From positions 55,986,001 to 56,050,000 of the forward strand of contig OZ024746.1 of assembly GCA_964016885.1 (NCBI GenBank): a DNA stretch of 64,000 nucleotides, in the 5' to 3' direction. The notes under the pieces were generated by a model. It ran no database searches. It saw only the letters and a list, made by a program, of their open reading frames with translations, and had not been told where the DNA came from. Positions 36,081 through 50,511 of the stretch are shown piece by piece. Each line of letters opens with the position of its first letter. The stretch's first letter is position 1. Made by a program: the position numbers and the translations under genes. The DNA is from Eledone cirrhosa (taxonomy: Eukaryota).

Positions 36081-36407
36081 GTATATAGGTATATGCGCGT
36101 GTGTGTGTGAATGTATGTATATGTGTGAGTATATGAATGTGTATATATTTATTTTTATATTTATATGTTTATATGCGTATATGTATTTTATCTGTAGATT
36201 ATAAACATACAGAGACATTAGCCCTGAATTTTTGTATTTACATACATCTTTTCGGCATGCGTATGCATGTGAACATATATTTTTATGCATATCTGTGAAC
36301 GAAGTATAAACTTTTGTATAAACTTTTTGTGTTTCCATTGGTCAATTTGAACTCTGTTCCCAAACAGACCTGTAATTTTGAATTGTTGTTATTATCAATA
36401 AATATAT

Positions 36408-36561
36408 TTCATTATTTCTGAAGACGGCATATATATGAGTTGGTATGTATATTTAATTTTGATAGTTTGTATAATTTTGTATAATTTTGTACATAGATCT
36501 GTTAAATATACATGCCAATTCTAACACATATATATCCCAGAAACGATCGTTAAATAATGAA
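36408..36561 (+). ncRNA. Type I hammerhead ribozyme with ~115-nt stem II
   Basis: TTCATTATTT-CTGAAGA-[36425-36539 long hairpin]-GAAA-CGATCG-TT^-AAATAATGAA; 10-bp perfect stem I. Confidence 0.8.
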
Positions 36562-36615
36562 CTTTTTTTGTTTAATATAAGGAACTGTTTCATTGTTTTA
36601 TTCATTATTTTTTTA

Positions 36616-36660
<45 letters not shown>

Positions 36661-36672
36661 ATATATATATAT

Positions 36673-36870
36673 AGTGAAGGCGCATGGCTTAGTGGTTAGA
36701 GCATTGGGCTTGCAATCGAAAGGTTGTGAGTTCAATTCTCGGACCGAGTGATGTGTTGTTTCCTTGAGCAAGGCACTTTATTTCACGTTGTTCCGGTTTA
36801 TTCATCTGTAGAAATGAGTACCTGCCCGCCCAGCCAGTGGGATGCCGTTATCTTATGGCTAAATCAGCAC
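36673..36870 (+). mobile_element. tRNA-derived SINE (family 1, diverged)
   Basis: GGCGCATGGCTTAGTGG...GTTCAATTC...TCCTTGAGCAAGGCACTTTATTTCACGTTG. Confidence 0.8.
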
Positions 36871-37079
36871 GACGTGCTGAGACCAGCGGCGCCGACAGTC
36901 GCCCGACAGACTGGTCGGTCAAAGTGATATATATATATACACATGTATATATGTATATATATACATGTATATATATATGTATATACATGTATATATGTAT
37001 ATATATATATATGTGTATATACATGTATATATGTATATATATATATATACATATACATGCATATATGTATATATATACA

Positions 37080-37128
<49 letters not shown>

Positions 37129-37326
37129 GTATATATATATACGATATTAAGGATACTATTTATGGTTATGTATATACTAAAACTTTTTATAATTTATATA
37201 TATTTTCAACCCTAAACAGTGAAGGTCAGTAATTAATTACTACCTTATTACCAGTAAGATACATAGCTCAATGTAATAACATCAGTTGTTCTACTGATGT
37301 TATATAGACCAGTTATACAGACCAGT

Positions 37327-37410
37327 TATATAGAATTCACAAGAATCAAAGCTATGTTCAAAGCATTAGTTAATAAATGCTTTGAACATAGCTTTGATTC
37401 TTGTGAATTC

Positions 37411-37416
<6 letters not shown>
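37327..37416. repeat. Perfect 41-bp-arm inverted repeat
   Basis: TATATAGAATTCACAAGAATCAAAGCTATGTTCAAAGCATT, an 8-nt loop, then the exact reverse complement. Confidence 0.9.
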
Positions 37417-37495
<79 letters not shown>

Positions 37496-37505
37496 GTATA
37501 TATAT

Positions 37506-37567
<62 letters not shown>

Positions 37568-37779
37568 TTAAAACCGGATTCAGCTTAACTATTTAAAGGT
37601 AATCATTTATTTTATATCCTTTGTACAAGGCATGCTTGATTTTACACGTTTCTCTGTTTTGTATCCTTATACAAATCATTGTAATTATATTCAATACAAC
37701 AATAATAATGATCTTTATTAAGATTATATTTGCAGAATCATCAAATCCTTGGAGACAGTGCTTTCCACTATGTCATTAT

Positions 37780-39630
37780 GACCATATTGTTATTGAGTTC
37801 AAATTGATCGTTTTCAGCTTTGCCTTTCGCCATTTCTGCGTCGATGAAATAAAGCACCAGTAATGTATTGGAGTCGATTTAATAGACTTTCCTCTTTGGG
37901 ATTCATATTCTTTACCTAGCAGATGCTCTTCCGTATTGGGGAATTCTCTTGTTGGAGTTTATAGTTATTTTGTTACCCGTTTTATTTACACCACTATGCA
38001 TATATAAATATCAGCTGTACCTGTCCCTCTGTAATTTCCTTTGTTTTGTTTTCTGTCCATGTAGCCAATGGATAAATAAATATTATTTGATTTTTAGAAA
38101 CGTTTGAAAGCTAGGGAGATTGTTTTGTGTTTTCCGACAGTCTACATGCGTTGGGTTCAGCTCTGGTAGGCATAAACATTGCTTTTCATGCTTCGTCGAA
38201 ATTAAATACCATTCACGTGTTGAGGCCGATTTAAATGACGTTCTCCTTCACACAGATTGCTGGTCTTTTGCAGAAATTTCAAATATTTATCATCGGCATG
38301 GCAGTATCAGTAGAGCGGCAGACACCATACTTTGCAGCATAGAATTATGGCCCTTCACCTTCTGCTGAGGTTAACTTTGCCTTTCATCCTATGGGTTCGA
38401 TAAAATAAAGTACCAGTAATGCACTGGTGTAATTGCTGGCCTTGTGCCAAAACTAGCTATAATTATTTCATCTGTTAGATTGGAAGGTTCGGTAGACAGT
38501 TTCACAACGTGCTTTGTGGCAAAGAGTTACGGCCCTTTATGGTCTGAGCTCAAATCCCGCCGAGGTTAGCTTTGATTTTCTTCCTTACGGGGTCGATGAA
38601 ATATAGTACCGGTAAGCATTGGGGCCGATTTAATCGACTTTCCCCTTCACTTCAAATTGCTGGCCTTGTGCCAAAAGTAGAAATCATTATTCTATAGAGG
38701 GTTATAATTGTTTCTACTTTTGGCACAAAGCCAGCAATTATCACAGTGTATTACTGGTACTTTATTTTATCGACCCCGTAAGGATGAAAGGCAAAGTTAA
38801 CCTCGGCGGGATTTGAACTCAGTCCGTAAAGGGACGTAACTTTGCTGCAAAGCATGGCGTCCGACCCTCTACCGATACTGCCAAATCAAATTCAAATGTA
38901 GGCACACAAAATTTATTGCAAGCGTCAATATCGTATATTGCAGCAAATAAACTGAGCCGAATTACAAAGACATTATTTCAAGAGGGCGGTGGATTGGCAG
39001 TATCGGGAGAGGGTCGGACGCCATGCTTTGAAGCATAGTTACGGCCCTTACCGTTCTGAGTTCGTATCCCGCTGAGGTTATCTTTGCCTTTCATCCTCAC
39101 GTTGTCGATAAAATAAAGTACCAGTAATGCACTGGGTAATTGCTGGCCTTGTGCCAAATGTAGAAACAATTATTTCAAGTGGATTGGCAGAATCGGTAGA
39201 GATACTTAGCGTTATGATCCTTTATGTTCTGAGTTCAAAACCCGCCGACGTTATAGCCTTCCCTTTCACCCTTACGGTTTCGATAAAATAAAGTACCAAT
39301 AATGCACTGAGGTAGAATTAATCGACTTTCCCTTCCCGCAAAATTGTTCGCCTTGTGCCTAAATCAGAGACCATCCTTTCAGTGTCGATAAAATAAATTT
39401 CAGTCAAGAACTGGGGCTTATTAAATTGACTTTCTACTTACGCCTAATTACAGCTTTTGTCGTCAGTATGAGGGATTCGACCAATTTACGACTTTATTTG
39501 AAATCATGTGGTGCTCAACTTTGCTTTTATTCCTTCCGGAGATTATAAAATAAAGTATCAGTCTTGAACTAATATAGTAGATTAAATCGGCTAACACTTT
39601 CAGCCAATTTTCTAGTCCTATGCCTTGATT
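37780..39630. mobile_element. Cluster of ~8-9 SINE copies (family 2), mostly +, one - at ~38706-38885
   Basis: Recurring TCTGAGTTCAAATCCCGCCGAGG-TTAACTTTGCCTTTCATCC-GGGTCGATAAAATAAAGTACCAG-AATTGCTGGCCTTGTGCC; resembles octopod tRNA-derived SINEs. Confidence 0.85.
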
Positions 39631-40384
39631 ATGATATAATTATTGTTGTTTCTGGTGTCGGCTTCGTCGTTGTTGGTATTATTGTTGAAACGAATTTGTT
39701 CTATTTGTATTTGTATTGGAAACGGAATGTTCATAGGTATTTTGAAGGAAACTTGTTCAACCTATTTCGGGAAAACATCGAATCTTCAGTTAAATAACCA
39801 AATAAATATTTCTCGTTGAAATCTTTTAGGTAATTCCAAATGGTCAAATGCAAATATCTGCTATTGACTAAACACTGTTGTATACAAAGCCCATATACGA
39901 TGTTAGAGTGCCATTAATAAGCCACCGTGTTTTCAATGATCACGGCAGACTGCAGTTCCATTTGTTCTATTAAAAGCTTCTGCAATTCACAATATGGAAA
40001 ACGTTATTGACTTAACAATGGACAATTGTTATTCGAGTATTCAGAAGCAAATAAGCCACGCAATGTGGGACTAAGTCTATTACAATTGTATCTGTACATT
40101 CTAATATCTTAATATTCTGATATTACTTTCCACCAACATGGAAGTTCTGTGTGAATACTTCGTGTAAATGTAGTATTCATTCATGTAAACGTTTATTTAA
40201 AGTGCAAAACAATCTGAAATATCCTTTCCTGCAAAACAATATCTGCATGCTTACCGACAGAAGGAAATGTAGCAGACGATACAGAACATCTTTCATTCAT
40301 ATATTTTGTATTTACCGTTCGCGAAATGGATATAAACTTATGTAACTGTAGTCAAATTCTTATTGAAATGCTCTCGTCATTATT

Positions 40385-40535
40385 ATTGGAGATAGTTACG
40401 TCCCTTTACGATCTGAGTTCAAATCCCCCCGAGGTTGACTTTGCCTTTCATCCTTACGGGGTCGATAACATAAAGTACCAGTAATGCACTGGGTGATTGC
40501 TGGCCTTGTTCCTAAAGTAGAAACAATTATTATTG
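40385..40535 (+). mobile_element. SINE family 2 copy
   Basis: TCTGAGTTCAAATCCC...GGGGTCGATAACATAAAGTACCAG...TGCTGGCCTTG. Confidence 0.8.
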
Positions 40536-40574
40536 GAGATGATAATTCTCGCTAGTATACGCGTACACCCCCCA

Positions 40575-40601
40575 CACACACTCACACACTCTCTCTCTAT
40601 G

Positions 40602-40689
<88 letters not shown>

Positions 40690-40720
40690 ACATATATATA
40701 TATATGTGTGTGTGTGTGTG
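40575..40720. repeat. Compound (CA)/(CT)n/(TA)/(TG) microsatellite
   Basis: Direct reading. Confidence 0.95.
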
Positions 40721-40772
40721 AGCATAGCTGTCGAAAACGGCGGAGCTCAGCCGTCGGAGTCCCAACTGTTTT

Positions 40773-40842
<70 letters not shown>

Positions 40843-40934
40843 GTGGTGGAACACTGGAACGTAATATCAGTAGTGGTAGAGCACTCAGTCCAAGGGACGA
40901 GTTAGGTAGTAGTGGTTACACAACAGTTAGTTCA

Positions 40935-40984
40935 CCATACCGAAAACAGTTGTTTCACCTTAGCGGATCCTCAGCTCGGAATGG
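40935..40984 (-). ncRNA. Type I hammerhead ribozyme (inverted pLTR copy)
   Basis: CCATTCCGAG-CTGAGGA-T-CC-GCTAA-GG-T-GAAA-CAACTG-TT^-TTCGGTATGG. Confidence 0.7.
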
Positions 40985-43569
40985 GCATGGTTATAGGAAC
41001 AGGAAGGACAACCGTAAGAACACGCATGCGCAGAAACCCTGTTACTTCAAACAGGGAATACTAGAATGCGTGCGAGACGTGTAAGGGAGATAACTGCGAA
41101 AGTCCGAAAAGATTTTAGTTGAAAAATAAAATTACAAAGAATCGGTCCGGAACCTTGTAGTTATGCAATAGGTGTTTGGCAACGTGTGGACAGCGTGTGA
41201 AAAATTCATTTCTCATGTTTAGGCAATCAATATTGCATAATCTCTTTAGAATAGTTATTCGTTCGTCTATACATAAGCCACACGTCGGATTTCCCCTTGC
41301 CTATGGCTTGAACTTAGTGATGGCTTTCCATTGAATGGATTCATACGAACTTGATTACTCCCTGAAGAACATTGCAAATCCATCCAACCATGTTTACCAA
41401 AACCTCCTCCTACAAAAAGCGGAAGATGTCGTCAGACGCTTAAGATGGTGATCCCTAGCTTTTGACGGCAAAATTACAGGCACCAACAACACCTTCAACC
41501 TGAAATTGAGAACCTACCCTCCTAAGGTAACTGAACTTGCTCCTTTCGAGACGGACCTTCTTGACTTAGTCGCTAACATTTCCTTTCGCAAACACACTAA
41601 CACTTTCAAACGAAACTCAGAAATGATATTAAGAAATTTAGGTCTTCTAAGAACAACTTCGTTCTTTCCGACAATACTAATAATATTTATGATGTCGACA
41701 ACACCAATTTCCGCCACCTGACCCATAACGCTATTACTCCTAAATATAAGAAAGCTAACTCTATGGGCTACCACGACATTAATACAGAAGCCAATGAACT
41801 TGCCGCCGACCTTAAGGTAGATAAGAAGCTACTATCTCTAGCTAAGCGGGATGCGTTCCTCACCCTGAAAGATCACAAGGTAGACGTTACTTCTAACCCC
41901 ACATGTAGACTAATAAACCCAGCACGCACATATATGGTTACTAGTCAGTAAGGCCATACTTAGAAACATAGTTAATACAATTAGGACCAAGTCCAACCTG
42001 CCCCAGTGGGAGACAGCAACTCCGTAAATAAGTGGTTTAACTCCTTAAAATCCCAAAAAGCGAAGTTCACACGGTTTCACATTGTCGATTTTTACCCGTC
42101 GATTTCAGAGACCGTGTTAAACAAAGCGTCGGACTTCGCTACCACTTACACCACCGTCGATGGTTTAGACATGGAAATCATCGCTCACTGCCGGAAAAAC
42201 CTCCTCTTCAACGACGGAGTAGCTTGGGCAAAGAAGTACACAACTTGAGACCTATTCGACGTCCCCACGGGATCGTTTGACAGTGCTAACGCATGTGACT
42301 TGGTTGGCCTATTTATTTTAGACAAATTACGTGTTAGATTCCCAGATTTGCACACGGGAATATACCGCGACGATGGGCTGATTTTATCGAGTCATAAAAG
42401 TGGTCACGACCTCGACCGGTTTAAAAAAGAATTAGCTTCTACCTTCAATGATTTAGGACTTAGGATAACAATAGCCACCAACCTCTCTAACGTAGTTTTC
42501 TTAGACATTAATTTAGACCTTCGCACACACCCACATACCCTTCCATAAGCTAAACGAGAAACTAAATTACATTCACAAGGACTCATGCCACCCTCCCACT
42601 GTTTTTAGAAACTTCGTTAAGAATATCAGTACTAGAATCTCAAACCTCTCCTCTAATAAGGCTATCTTTGATAGGGCGGACCCCTAATATAACAAGGCGT
42701 TGGCTAACAACGGCTTCTCACAACATATCACTTACTCTCCCACTAGCAACAACACCATTAGGAAAATTAAGCGCAACAATAGACAAACTATCTGGTTCTC
42801 TCTTCCCTTCTCACTCAACGTTAAATCTAATGTAGGAAAAACATTTCTAGCCCTCTTAGATAGACATTTTCCCATGGGTCATAAATACCGCTCCATCTTT
42901 AACCGACACAAAGTTAAACTAGGATACTACAGCGCTAAGAACATAAAGGCCCTAGGAGCAACACCCCACCAGAGTGCTCTTACCGTAAGCCTGAAGCTTG
43001 CCCCCTTCAACAGCAATGCAACACACCAGCTGTAATTTACGAAGCTGTAGTCACTTCCAACCGACCAAATGAACCACAGGAGGTCAGATCCTATGTGGGC
43101 ATGGCGGAGGGCCGATTTAAGGAATGTTTCCTGAACCACCAGTCTACCCTCAGGTAGCCGGACAGACGTTCATCCACAAAACTCGCGTATGGCCCCTCAA
43201 GAACTCAAGTATAGACTTCTCCATTAAATGGAAAGCCATCACCAAGTCATACGCAAGGGGAAATTCCGACGTGTGGCTTATGTATTGACGAACGAATAAC
43301 TTTTCTAAAGAGATTATGCAATAGTGATTGCCTAAACACAGGGATTGAATTTTTCACACGTTGTCCACACGTCGCCAAACACCTATTGCATAACTACTAG
43401 CCTGCGGACTGATTTTTTGCAATTTTATTTTTCAACTAAAAACTTTTCGGACTTTCGCAGTTATCTCCCTTATACCTCTCGCACGCATTCTAGTATTGCC
43501 TGTGTGAAGTGACCGGGTTTCTGCGCATGCGCGTTCGTACGGGTGTCCTTCCTGTTCCTATAAGCATGC

Positions 43570-43619
43570 CCATTTCGAGCTGAGGATCCGCTAAGGTGAA
43601 ACAATTGTTCCCGGTATGG
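43570..43619 (+). ncRNA. Type I hammerhead ribozyme (3' pLTR)
   Basis: CGAG-CTGAGGA-TCCGCTAAGGT-GAAA-CAATTG (palindrome)-TT^-CCCGG. Confidence 0.75.
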
Positions 43620-43712
43620 TGAACTAACTGTTATGTAACCACTTCTACCTAACTCGTCCCATGGACTGAGTGCTCTACCACTACGGATATTACCTTCCAG
43701 TGATCCACCACT

Positions 43713-43775
<63 letters not shown>

Positions 43776-44469
43776 TCGGGTCACTCTTGAGTGCTGCTGG
43801 TAACATGTAACACAGTACAACCTGTCGCATTGTCGGGTCGACTGCGATTGAACCGGCAACCCCATCAAGTTTAGTTGGTGAGAAGGGTGATTTTGGACTC
43901 ACTGCAGGACAAAAAACAAAACCTGACAAAGGGCGGAAGAACTCATAAAAGTCAACGGCCATACAAAAGTGTGTAAATATGTATATACACATGTACATAT
44001 GTATGTATATGTGTATATGCATGGGTTCATGTGTATGTATATGGGCGGGGCCATATTAATAATCGGGCTGGACACCCGATCGCGCGGTTAAACCACTGGG
44101 AGTGAAGGACCTCTAACCTTTGTAAGGGCATACTTCTAGGAGAAGGTAACGGAGGAAACCGTGATGACTCCGATATAAATATATATCCATATATATGTAA
44201 GTATGTGTGTATACGTACATACATATATCTATACAGACGTACAGTAGCATGCACATATATACATATATATATATATAGGTAGAAGTTAATATGTCCAGGG
44301 ATACTAGGTACCCCTAGAAATACATAGGTTGTCTATGATTCAAGGTTGTTCAATGGTGTTAATTTGATACACCAGAACTTTAATATTAAGATAAGCAGAA
44401 CAAGTAAAATTCAATCAATTTTTCAAAATACATAAAAAATATAATATAAATATTTACCTCTTCTAGTGG

Positions 44470-44548
44470 CCCTTACTGATCAGTTTCGCTTTGTAAAACC
44501 TCATAAATCCGATGGATTTATGATGGAAAACCAAAGCTCATCAGAGAA
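44470..44548 (-). ncRNA. Type I hammerhead ribozyme (inverted copy)
   Basis: Reverse complement of 45093-45171. Confidence 0.8.
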
Positions 44549-45092
44549 GCATTTTCCCTTCCTAGGGCTAAACGTCCCAGGAACGACAAAATATACAACC
44601 TCCTGCCAGCTAATAAAGGTCTGAAAGGTCGTAAAAGTGACCCGTATGTAAACTGGACCGAAGTAAAAGCGGGAAAATCAAAGACTTGCTGTCTACAATT
44701 ACTACTAAAAAAATTATTTTTTAATGTATTTTGAAAAATTGATTGAATTTTACTTGTTCTGCTTATCTTAATATTAAAGTTCTGGTGTATCAAATTAACA
44801 CCATTGAAGAACCTTGAATCATAGACAACCTATGTATTTCTAGGGGTACCTAGTATCCCTGGACATATTAACTTCTACCTTTTTCTCCGTCCGTCGAGAA
44901 CAAATCTGTTGCTCTACTTGGCTGCTATTTTTTTAGTAGTAATTGTAGACAGCAAGTCTTTGATTTTCCCGCTTTTACTTCGGTCCAGTTTACATACGGG
45001 TCACTTTTACGACCTTTCAGACCTTTATTAGCTGGCAGGAGGTTGTATATTTTGTCGTTCCTGGCACGTTTAGCCCTAGGAAGGGAAAATGC

Positions 45093-45171
45093 TTCTCTGA
45101 TGAGCTTTGGTTTTCCATCATAAATCCATCGGATTTATGAGGTTTTACAAAGCGAAACTGATCAGTAAGGG
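45093..45171 (+). ncRNA. Type I hammerhead ribozyme
   Basis: TTCT-CTGATGA-GCTTTG..TCATAAATCC-ATC-GGATTTATGA..CAAAGC-GAAA-CTGATCAG-TA^-AGGG. Confidence 0.85.
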
Positions 45172-45252
45172 CCACTAGAAGAGGTAAATATTTATATTAT
45201 ATTTTTTAATGTATTTTGAAAAATTGATTCAATTTTACTTGTTCTGCTTATC

Positions 45253-45372
<120 letters not shown>

Positions 45373-45542
45373 CATACAGGTACACATACATATATGCACG
45401 TATCAGTTTAGCGGACGCTTATTATAACGCTGCTTTGTTCGTTTATAAACAAACTGAACAGCCTGAATTGTTATGCCGTACGGTGTTAAGGCAACCGCGT
45501 CACCTTTTTGTTCAACACTGACACTTTTGTTCAACACTGTAC

Positions 45543-45625
<83 letters not shown>

Positions 45626-45797
45626 TGCTACTGTACGTCTGTATACATATCTGTATGTACGTATACACACAAATTTACATTTAAGTAAGTGCCGTACTGA
45701 GAGTGAGAAATGAAAAATTCGTTTTCATTTTATTTCAACATATATATGTATATTTATATTTATATATACAGTATATATATATTTATATAAATATATG

Positions 45798-45974
<177 letters not shown>

Positions 45975-46065
45975 ATTTATATATATATATATATATATGT
46001 ATGTATATTTATATATATATATGTATATTTATATATATATATATTTATATATATATGTGTGTGTG

Positions 46066-46149
<84 letters not shown>

Positions 46150-46571
46150 AATAAATCAGAATGATGTGTATTTCTGGTATGGAGAGATGACTCAACTTGC
46201 AGGCATGTGAGAACGCGTCAGTCACGTCAAACTCATTTATTTCCTTGCTCCGTGTCTATTTTCCAATCTCTCACACTATTTGCTTATTACTTTTCGGAAT
46301 CTCAAAGTATCCGCTATCATGTGTACAGAACAGTCATGTACACTACCGAGCCACAATTACAAATACAGGCCTACTGAAATACACAACACATACACGAACG
46401 CGGTGTAATTAAATGAAATTAAATAGTCTAAGTTGGATTCCGAACCGAAATAGGGAAACTAGAGTAAGCTGTAGCTGTTGTATTTATCTGTATATAATGC
46501 ATATCAATATTGCGTAATATTATAAACGTATATCCCATTATATACATATATATATAAATGAGTGTGTGTAT

Positions 46572-46699
<128 letters not shown>

Positions 46700-46715
46700 G
46701 AATATATATACAAAT

Positions 46716-46772
<57 letters not shown>

Positions 46773-46806
46773 TATACATATATATATAACATATATGAAT
46801 ATATAA

Positions 46807-46841
<35 letters not shown>

Positions 46842-47108
46842 TACATATATGTATATACAAATATATATATACATATATGTATATATATATATAAATATAT
46901 TAATATAAATATATATACATATGTGTATATACAAATATATATACACATATTTGCATATATATATATACATACATATATATAAATATATATATAAATATAC
47001 AAATATATATACACATATTTGCATATATATATATATACATATATATGCAAATACATATATATATATGTATATATATATATATAAATATATATATTATTAT
47101 TATTATTA

Positions 47109-47223
<115 letters not shown>

Positions 47224-47240
47224 TATTATTATTATTATTA

Positions 47241-47299
<59 letters not shown>

Positions 47300-47944
47300 T
47301 TACATTTATATTTATTTACATCTATATGTATGTATGTTCTTCTCTGTGTGTTTATGTATGTATATATATATATATGCATCTATCTGACTATATATATATA
47401 TATATATATATAGTGTGTGTGTGTGTGTGTGTGTGTGTTTGTGTGTGCGTGTTTGTGTGTGTGTTTGTTTATGTATGTGTGTGTATGTAAGGTACATCGC
47501 ATGCCTGGAATCTCATTTCCAGAGATACTTAGGTACTTACATTGATCATACCGTCATTTTAAAAATTTATTGCAGGTAAATACGGGTGGATGCGGTGAAC
47601 ATGGAAATACAAGAGTTGTGCGTATGTGAGCATGAGTAATAAGTAAAAGAGAATTGGAAGTTGAAAAATATCGGATTTTACATATTTACAAGCTCAGTAA
47701 GTTCGGCTAAGAGAAACAGAGACATCCGATAATATTATTACATGTTATATCAACCACTATTTTATTGTTATTCTCTTTGCTTTGTTTCTTTTATCTTAAG
47801 AATCTTTATAGTTTTATCTACCACTTAATCATATTACTCTTGATATTATTAATGATTTTGCTGTAATAATAATAATAATAATAATCATTTTTAAAACAAC
47901 AACAACATCTACAGCAACAGCAGTTACCATATTTATAATTGTTA

Positions 47945-49125
47945 ATAATTTTGGCACAAGGCCAGCAATTAGCCAGTACATTACTGGTACTTTATTTTAT
48001 CGACCCACATATGGATAAAAGGCAAAGTTAACGTCGACGGGATTTAACTCAGATTGTAAAGGGACGTATCTATGCTAGAAAGCATGGCGTCCGACACTCC
48101 ACCGATACTGCCAATATAATAATTTGTTCTACTTTTGGCACAAGGTCAGCAATTAACCAGTACATTACTGGTACTTTATTTTATCGACCCCGTAAGGATG
48201 AAAGGCAAAGTTAACCTCGACCGGATTTGAACTCAGATCATAAAGGGACGTAACTATTCTGGAAAGCATGTTCGACCCTCTACCGATACTGCCAATTCAC
48301 ACTGCTTTCTTATATAGGCACAAGGCCAACAGTTTTATTGGGGAGGCGAAAGTCGATTAAATCAGCCCCAGTGCGTGACTGGTATTTTATTTTATCGACC
48401 CCGTAAGGATGAAAGGTAAAATTAACCTCGCCGGGATTTGAACTCAGACTGTAAATGGACGTAACTCTATGCTGCAAAGCATGGCGTTCGACCCTTTACC
48501 GATAATGATTTCTAGTATAAGCACAAGGCCAGTGATTTGGAGGTGGGGGGGGAGAGGATACTCGATTATATCGACCCTTGTCTTTACTGGTACTTTATTC
48601 CTTCGACCCTGCACGGATGAAGGACAAATCTAACATCGGCGGGATTTAAACTCAGAAAATAAAGGGCCGCAACACTGTGCTATGAAGCATTTTGTTTGAC
48701 GCTCTGCCGATATTGTGGAGAGTGTTAATAATAATATTATGAAACATGAGTATGAATATATCATCATAATATTTATTCAAATATGACCCACGTTTCGCGA
48801 ACAATCAACTCAAGGTAAGATCGGTTCCAAGTCTGAAATATACAAACTTATGAGGTATTGGTTCCACAGTCGGGGCCGATCAATACCGAACGTACCTTGA
48901 GCTGATCGAGCGCTAAACGGGCGTTACATATGAATAAACATAATTTAGACTATATCGATTTTGCGTATCCATTCTTCATTATTACTTTGCTGGTTTGGCA
49001 GTAACGGTAGAGCGTCAGACATCATGCTTTGCCGCATAGATATATGGCGCTTTCCGGGGTCGATAAAATAAAGTACCGGTAATGCACTGGCGAAATTGCT
49101 GGCCTTGTGCGAAAAGTAGAAACAA
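47945..49125. mobile_element. Cluster of SINE family 2 copies (four - strand at 47945-48712, one + at ~48990-49125)
   Basis: GGCACAAGGCCAGCAATT..CTGGTACTTTATTTTATCGACCCC..GATGAAAGGCAAAGTTAACCTCG..TTTGAACTCAGA repeated. Confidence 0.85.
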
Positions 49126-49317
49126 TTATTACTATTACTATTACGTTTATATATATATATATCCAGGGAGTGTAACTTCGATTTATTGTAGGTTCACCCG
49201 GGTGAGCACTCGATATTTAGTTTCACTTCAGTGTCGAGGTGTAGAGCTATACAGAGTGTATTATAGGTAAATAAGATAACAAGGACGATTGGTTACTCCT
49301 TCATTACGTTTATTGGT

Positions 49318-49404
49318 TAGTGACGCGCGTTTCGCCAATGACCAGCTCAAGGTTTGATCTGTATCGATCTGACCTGGCTCTGTTATCCGCAACTCGTCAG
49401 ACCC
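49318..49404 (-). ncRNA. Hammerhead-like motif
   Basis: GGT-CTGACGA-[~60-nt imperfect stem II]-GAAA-CGCGCG-TC^-ACT. Confidence 0.55.
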
Positions 49405-49632
49405 ATTGTAATGTTAATGGAAGAATGAATACATGCTGTATGATAGAGTCTGAATTTCCAATGGCGGTCAGTAAAGTTTGATTTGATTGGTGGATTAGCT
49501 CATAGGGATGTTTTTGCCTGTTGTGTGTGTCCAGTGGCTGATCACTTTACCGTGTCGCCGTCACAAACAGTCATATCCGGCATGGACTGGTGTTTGGATT
49601 CCGTCAATCGATTGGTTATTGATTAGGCGATA

Positions 49633-49743
49633 CCTACTGATGAAGCCACATACGCCGATTGTGCATTGTTGCATAATATATGCAGACAGAGTATGCAGTG
49701 TACCCCACTGGTGCATTAAGTGTGGCCGAAACTAGAGTCTGGG
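49633..49743 (+). ncRNA. Type I hammerhead motif with long stem II insert
   Basis: CCTA-CTGATGA-A-GCCACAT..GTGTGGC-C-GAAA-CTAGAG-TC^-TGGG. Confidence 0.65.
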
Positions 49744-49856
49744 AACTATTATATAACTATGTGTATACTGTGGGAATGTATCCTACATTACCTATTAAGT
49801 ACACTGAGATACAACCGGTCCTGGCATTGATAAATATGCTGGGTCCGTCAACTCAT

Positions 49857-50390
<534 letters not shown>

Positions 50391-50511
50391 AAAAAACGTT
50401 TGAATATGTATAATAAAGCCAAAACAATGCAGGTATGGACATAGAAAAAAAGAATGCAATTGCAAAAGATATTGTTGACAAATCGTCTTTTAACTTAGAT
50501 TTATTTAAATG

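Larger units (their letters stand above)
40840..43713 (+). mobile_element. Full-length-ORF (decayed) Naiad-like PLE with 5' inverted pLTR
   Basis: ATG at 41335: MDSYELDYSLKNI..VRRLRW, LTLKDHK..CRLINPA, IVDFYPSI, LVGLFIL..GIYRDDGL, IWFSLPFS, TCGLCIDE..TRCPH, stop at 43400. 40840-41332 is the reverse complement of ~43227-43713. Confidence 0.92.

Noticed and set aside
37780-39630. CRISPR-like repeat array
   Set aside because: The units are diverged 150-200 bp SINE copies with no repeat-spacer regularity and no cas genes, in a eukaryotic context.
41335-43400. Selenoprotein-type Naiad (in-frame TGA after RRLRW)
   Set aside because: The TGA is not at a conserved Cys position and fits CGA>TGA decay. 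The Cys motifs I could read in the four Naiad-like families show no TGA, and no SECIS was recognised by eye.
46160-46520. Possible HHR remnant (GAGAACGCGTCAGTC)
   Set aside because: No intact CTGANGA or GAAA pairing could be found.
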